From a virus (taxonomy: Duplodnaviria; Heunggongvirae; Uroviricota; Caudoviricetes), in the IMG/VR virus record IMGVR_UViG_3300037418_001222: DNA of 64,000 nucleotides; one strand, given 5' to 3'. Each line of letters opens with the position of its first letter. The first letter of the stretch is position 1. This document shows positions 60,061 to 64,000 of the stretch, in pieces. The translations under genes were made by a program, and so were the position numbers. A model generated the notes under the pieces. It had not been told where the DNA came from and ran no database searches. It was given only the letters and a program-made list of their open reading frames with translations.

Positions 60061-62103
60061 TTAGAAAGAGAAGATTATCCTAAATGTTTCCTCTTTTTCA
60101 TTTGTTCTAGTGACACTATCTCCATATTCAACATAAACAATGTCACCAGAACCATAGACTAGGTCTGGTAGATATTTATTCGTTATTGTAGCAATGGCTC
60201 CGCTTGTAGCTCCTCTAACTTGGTTAGTAGAGGCGTCAGTATTGAATACACCCCATTGATCGCTAGTATAGATTTGATATGTTGATGTGTTTCCAACCTG
60301 TACGGCAGAGTGGAAGAATGCATTTGCATTAGGATCATCAATTCTGTATATTTGTTCATCTTGAATGAAACTACCATGAGTGATAGTTCCCGAGTATTCG
60401 AATAATTGCCTAAATGTATCAAATGTTTTCGTCACACCAGTTATAGTAACAACATTGGCATATGCATGAACTCCAGTATTAGATCCAATTAGTTCATCAC
60501 CACTCTGGAAGATACCATTGGCATTTGTCAGAATAACAGAACCGGTTGCAAATCCACTAATAGTTCCAGTTGCAGTGATGGTAGCTAAGTGGATATTTGC
60601 AGATCCAGTTTCTGTACTCCACAATATATTCTGATCAAATTGAATATCTGTATTGGTTACGGATAAAACATTAGCTATCTGAAAATTATTGCTATAATTC
60701 AGCACTATAGTTGATCCAACATCCACAACAGATGGTCCATCAATACCAGAGATAGTAACTGTATCGGTTATCTGATTATTAGCATCTAGAGTAGTTTGAA
60801 CACTTCCATAGAGTTGTTTCTTTGAAATCTTATAGACCACTTCATCAGTAAAGAAATCTTGGTTCTGATTCGATAGGGTCATCTCGACTGAATTAAACAA
60901 AGGATTACGAATGATTCCTATCTGAGAGTAGTCGTTATCCGTGACAATAGTATTTCCCTCACTACCTACTAGACTTACTGAAAGTCCTACAAAGGTTCCT
61001 CCTAATTCACTTATTGGATCATATCCATGCCCATTGATAGGTGACATAATAGGAACTACTGATGCTATTGAGGTTACACCCACGACAGAAGATGCTAAGA
61101 TATTCGCTGTAGCGTGAAAATAATTTTCACCACGCTCAATTATTTCAATTCTTGATACCGTATTTCCAGAAGCAGGATCAACAATAGCTCTAGCAAAAGC
61201 CGGTAGAGTTTCTCTCCCATCACCAGTTATAGTGACAGAAGGGTACAGTTCAAATGTAGACCCATTTTGAGGAGAATCAGTTGGATCGAACTCATTATCG
61301 AGAACCATATAGTTGAATGTGCTATTTGAAACATACTGATTGACTAGCTTAAACTGACCGGCACCCGGTCCAGAAGATACATACAACCAACAACCATCAT
61401 AGAATCCATTAGTGGTATTGATTCCAGTGTTTGAGATTCCATACTTCTTTGGATCACCATTTAAACGAATATCGGTGATTCCAAAAGTTCCAGAAAAGTA
61501 GTTATTATATCCACGCCCCGGTGACACAATATCAATAGTTGTTATGGACCCGGGAATAGCTTGTGATTGAGTCGTTAGATCAGTTTTTACTGGAAAATAG
61601 TCCGAAGTAGCGAATGTTCCGAAATCTGCGTCATCAATAGAATACATGTACTTCCAGCGATATCCATCTGTTGGGAAATAGAAGTCATCTCCTGATGAGC
61701 TTACATTCGTAATAGATGGTGATACTACAGAAGGCGCGCCATTCCCATTTTCAAGGCACTTAAAGACATTCCAATTTGTTCCTTCTTGAACCATAACATA
61801 AAAGTTTTTATTATATAAGTTAGAATCTCTATGATCATAGATATCATACACTGTATTTGATTGCCAGTCAATTCGCCTAATCATTGGCATAACATTTTGA
61901 TTATTAATTTTCTTACCAAAGATCATATTAAAATAAGAACTGTTTTGAATGTCTTGGGTGTTTTCAAACGGGGACACACCAGTATTTGCATCTATGTGAT
62001 TTCCCACAAAGAAATAATACTGATTATTCGAAACTGAATCAATGAAGTTCTTTCCTGAATTAATCTTAAATTCAGTAGTAAGCAGTGATCTTCCGTTATT
62101 CAT
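60061..62103 (-). CDS. gp8: Baseplate wedge subunit
   Basis: YYFFVG, RRIDW.S..VYD.YD, VFKCL.N, DGYRWKYMYSI, GDI.YVE...V.R...E.F.II.SF. Confidence 0.88.
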   Translation of the reverse strand: MNNGRSLLTTEFKINSGKNFIDSVSNNQYYFFVGNHIDANTGVSPFENTQDIQNSSYFNMIFGKKINNQNVMPMIRRIDWQSNTVYDIYDHRDSNLYNKNFYVMVQEGTNWNVFKCLENGNGAPSVVSPSITNVSSSGDDFYFPTDGYRWKYMYSIDDADFGTFATSDYFPVKTDLTTQSQAIPGSITTIDIVSPGRGYNNYFSGTFGITDIRLNGDPKKYGISNTGINTTNGFYDGCWLYVSSGPGAGQFKLVNQYVSNSTFNYMVLDNEFDPTDSPQNGSTFELYPSVTITGDGRETLPAFARAIVDPASGNTVSRIEIIERGENYFHATANILASSVVGVTSIASVVPIMSPINGHGYDPISELGGTFVGLSVSLVGSEGNTIVTDNDYSQIGIIRNPLFNSVEMTLSNQNQDFFTDEVVYKISKKQLYGSVQTTLDANNQITDTVTISGIDGPSVVDVGSTIVLNYSNNFQIANVLSVTNTDIQFDQNILWSTETGSANIHLATITATGTISGFATGSVILTNANGIFQSGDELIGSNTGVHAYANVVTITGVTKTFDTFRQLFEYSGTITHGSFIQDEQIYRIDDPNANAFFHSAVQVGNTSTYQIYTSDQWGVFNTDASTNQVRGATSGAIATITNKYLPDLVYGSGDIVYVEYGDSVTRTNEKEETFRIIFSF

Positions 62104-62111
62104 TTCTTATC

Positions 62112-64000
62112 CTAGTTTGATAGAAGAGACAAAACATTTATATTTGTGGTGGAATAAAATGTTAACTTCTTAAGAGTTACTCCACCAGAATTGGTATCCG
62201 GATATCCAGCACCCATTCCGAATCCTAATACTGAACCATTTACTGGTGTAGGTGTATATATGGATTTTGCATCCGATCCATTGATAGACATTGCTAATGT
62301 ATTACTCGAGAACAACATAGCAGCTTTAGTATCTCCAAAGAATGCCGGAAGCACCATCCCACCAGTGTCAAGACCATTAGAATAACCATAGAATTCGAAA
62401 CGGTAACCACCATCATCATCCCATTGTTGTTCAGGATCAAATGTGAAATCATTAGCTAATGATATAAAGAAGTGCCCATCTGGAGCAATCTTTGAATATT
62501 CTGCTACACAAATAAATTCAGAACCAATTACAGACTTAAGAGCAGAAGTCGCTAGAAGTCCTATAAAGTGAATTGCATTGAATACTATTCCTGTTCCCGA
62601 AACAAGATATGATGGATCCCATGAAAACCAGTTCGTTGAATTCGAAACCCATTGATCTGAAAATGCAACGGTATTTCCACTAGTGGTGTATACTCCATTC
62701 TCAAAATCAGAAACTGCTAAAGGTTCTGAAACCGTATTCTCTATAACAGTAGAACTAATAACAGAAGCGCTGCTTGGAACTAGTGAATTCTTAACCAAAG
62801 AAGAAAATACTTTTGTTCCAGATACATGAAGAACATTCTTCAACATATCAGAGTAGCTTTCAACTGTTACGGGAGATCTGATTTCATAAGAGAAATTCTG
62901 ATAGTAATCGCCATCAAAGAGATACTTATTAGTGCTTAGAAATCCACCAGTAGTCTTATTGAATCCCGTTCCATGACCTAGTGTTTGTACTGAAGCAATA
63001 GCTGTTCCACTTCTATTACCATCTAATGAGGTGAATGTAACAGTATCACCATCCTTAAACAGAAATCCCGAATCCGTCACCTTCAAAGTAGATACTGATG
63101 ATGAAGAGGATGAGACATTAGTTGTAATATTCGCATTGTCACCAGCAATTCCTACAAGGTCACTAGTAACCTCTATTGGATACGCAGTATGTCCAGAACT
63201 AATTCCTACCATGAGATAAGAATTAGATGAATCACCAACCGTCCAATTATTTTCAAATGTTAGTCTTCTTACATGCACTTCAGATGTATTTGCAAACTTT
63301 ACTAGACCCTTAGCACCATTGATACTCTGTGTGATCTCTTCACCGATGGTAAAGATTCCAGTTGGAGATTCAAGCCTAATAACAAAGTCAAACAAACTTA
63401 ATGGCGCCACAAGAGGATCGATTGCTTCAACAAATGGAGCATAAGAATATCCAGAACCAGGATTTTGATCTTTTAGTGTTGCTATCATTCCAAGAGTCAT
63501 CGTCTGGAATCTAAGTGCATCTGCTAGAGTCATATTAGTAAGATTTGCTAAATTTAGGTCAGCGCCGTATGATGTAGCGTTTATCCAGTTCTCACCATTA
63601 GTCTCATCAATATGATCTCTCACATAATTTGTATTGATCTCCACGGTTTCTGGGTATAGAAGATTTGAATCAAAACTAGTGTTAGCTCCATCGCCAAATG
63701 AAAGCTTAGTTGCTGAAGCATTCCATAGAGAATTATTAGAGGTATCAAATAGAATATTTCCGTTAGCAGTATTGAATGCTCCGGTGATTAATCTTAAACC
63801 AATATCATACGATATGGAGTTAATCGTAACATTTCCACTAGTAACAGTAGAAATTAATGGTTGATTAGTTAAGAACATCCCCTCTAGATTATCAACTTCA
63901 AGAATAAACGAGTTAGACTGTTTCTTTGTTACTGATTGCACACCCGATGTAACAAATACCTGATTATTGGATGATCGTTGATAAGCTATATCACCAACAG
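62112..64000 (-). CDS. gp7: Baseplate wedge initiator (gp7-like), C-terminal part; frame open beyond the right edge
   Basis: GFLST.KYL.DGDYYQNFSYEI.S...Y...LK.V.H.SGTK.F; no in-frame stop between 63941 and 64000. Confidence 0.75.
   Translation of the reverse strand, partial: VGDIAYQRSSNNQVFVTSGVQSVTKKQSNSFILEVDNLEGMFLTNQPLISTVTSGNVTINSISYDIGLRLITGAFNTANGNILFDTSNNSLWNASATKLSFGDGANTSFDSNLLYPETVEINTNYVRDHIDETNGENWINATSYGADLNLANLTNMTLADALRFQTMTLGMIATLKDQNPGSGYSYAPFVEAIDPLVAPLSLFDFVIRLESPTGIFTIGEEITQSINGAKGLVKFANTSEVHVRRLTFENNWTVGDSSNSYLMVGISSGHTAYPIEVTSDLVGIAGDNANITTNVSSSSSSVSTLKVTDSGFLFKDGDTVTFTSLDGNRSGTAIASVQTLGHGTGFNKTTGGFLSTNKYLFDGDYYQNFSYEIRSPVTVESYSDMLKNVLHVSGTKVFSSLVKNSLVPSSASVISSTVIENTVSEPLAVSDFENGVYTTSGNTVAFSDQWVSNSTNWFSWDPSYLVSGTGIVFNAIHFIGLLATSALKSVIGSEFICVAEYSKIAPDGHFFISLANDFTFDPEQQWDDDGGYRFEFYGYSNGLDTGGMVLPAFFGDTKAAMLFSSNTLAMSINGSDAKSIYTPTPVNGSVLGFGMGAGYPDTNSGGVTLKKLTFYSTTNINVLSLLSN

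Noticed and set aside
1-64000. Introns, inteins, transposases, integrases, rRNA, CRISPR
   Set aside because: Core genes (gp17, gp20, gp23, gp46, gp47, uvsW, gp42) have normal lengths and continuous motifs; no such elements recognised.
1-64000. Impression that CTAG and common restriction palindromes are not avoided
   Set aside because: Would fit protected (modified) DNA, but needs observed/expected k-mer counts that I cannot compute; not claimed.

Overview
A 64 kb segment of a T4-like myovirus genome with cyanophage/alphaproteobacterial-phage-style gene order, almost all on the minus strand. (1) 0.4-5 kb: a cluster of about 21 tRNA or tRNA-like genes, several structurally aberrant. It is interleaved with highly structured spacer RNAs, two CCA-ended non-tRNA mini-RNAs and a few small ORFs. 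(2) 7-9.5 kb: regA, gp62, gp44 and gp45. (3) 9.9-23 kb: a nucleotide/DNA-modification island. It encodes a T4 gp42-like dCMP hydroxymethylase, a MazG-type pyrophosphatase, an Nmad1-like protein, a dCMP deaminase, a UDG-like protein, myo-inositol-1-phosphate synthase, a HAD phosphatase, an aGPT-Pplase1/5-hmdU-kinase-like helical protein, an SGNH-like protein and a C5-methyltransferase homologue with altered SAM-binding motifs. The last three all end in a T4-type clamp-binding-like motif. (4) 23-30 kb: def, gp46, gp47, gp55, uvsW and uvsY. (5) 30-44 kb: gp3, gp23, gp22, gp21, gp20, gp19, gp18, gp17, gp16, gp15, gp14 and gp13. (6) 44-52 kb: fibre genes flanking a plus-strand cassette (triple glycosyltransferase, FkbM methyltransferase, 2OG-Fe(II) oxygenase) next to a collagen-like fibre. 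(7) 52-64 kb: DUF4815/VrlC-like structural proteins, gp8 and partial gp7. The best candidate new system is an inositol-based hypermodification of hydroxymethylcytosine DNA; the second is a virion (collagen-fibre) glycosylation cassette. All family assignments come from motif recognition by eye, not database searches.
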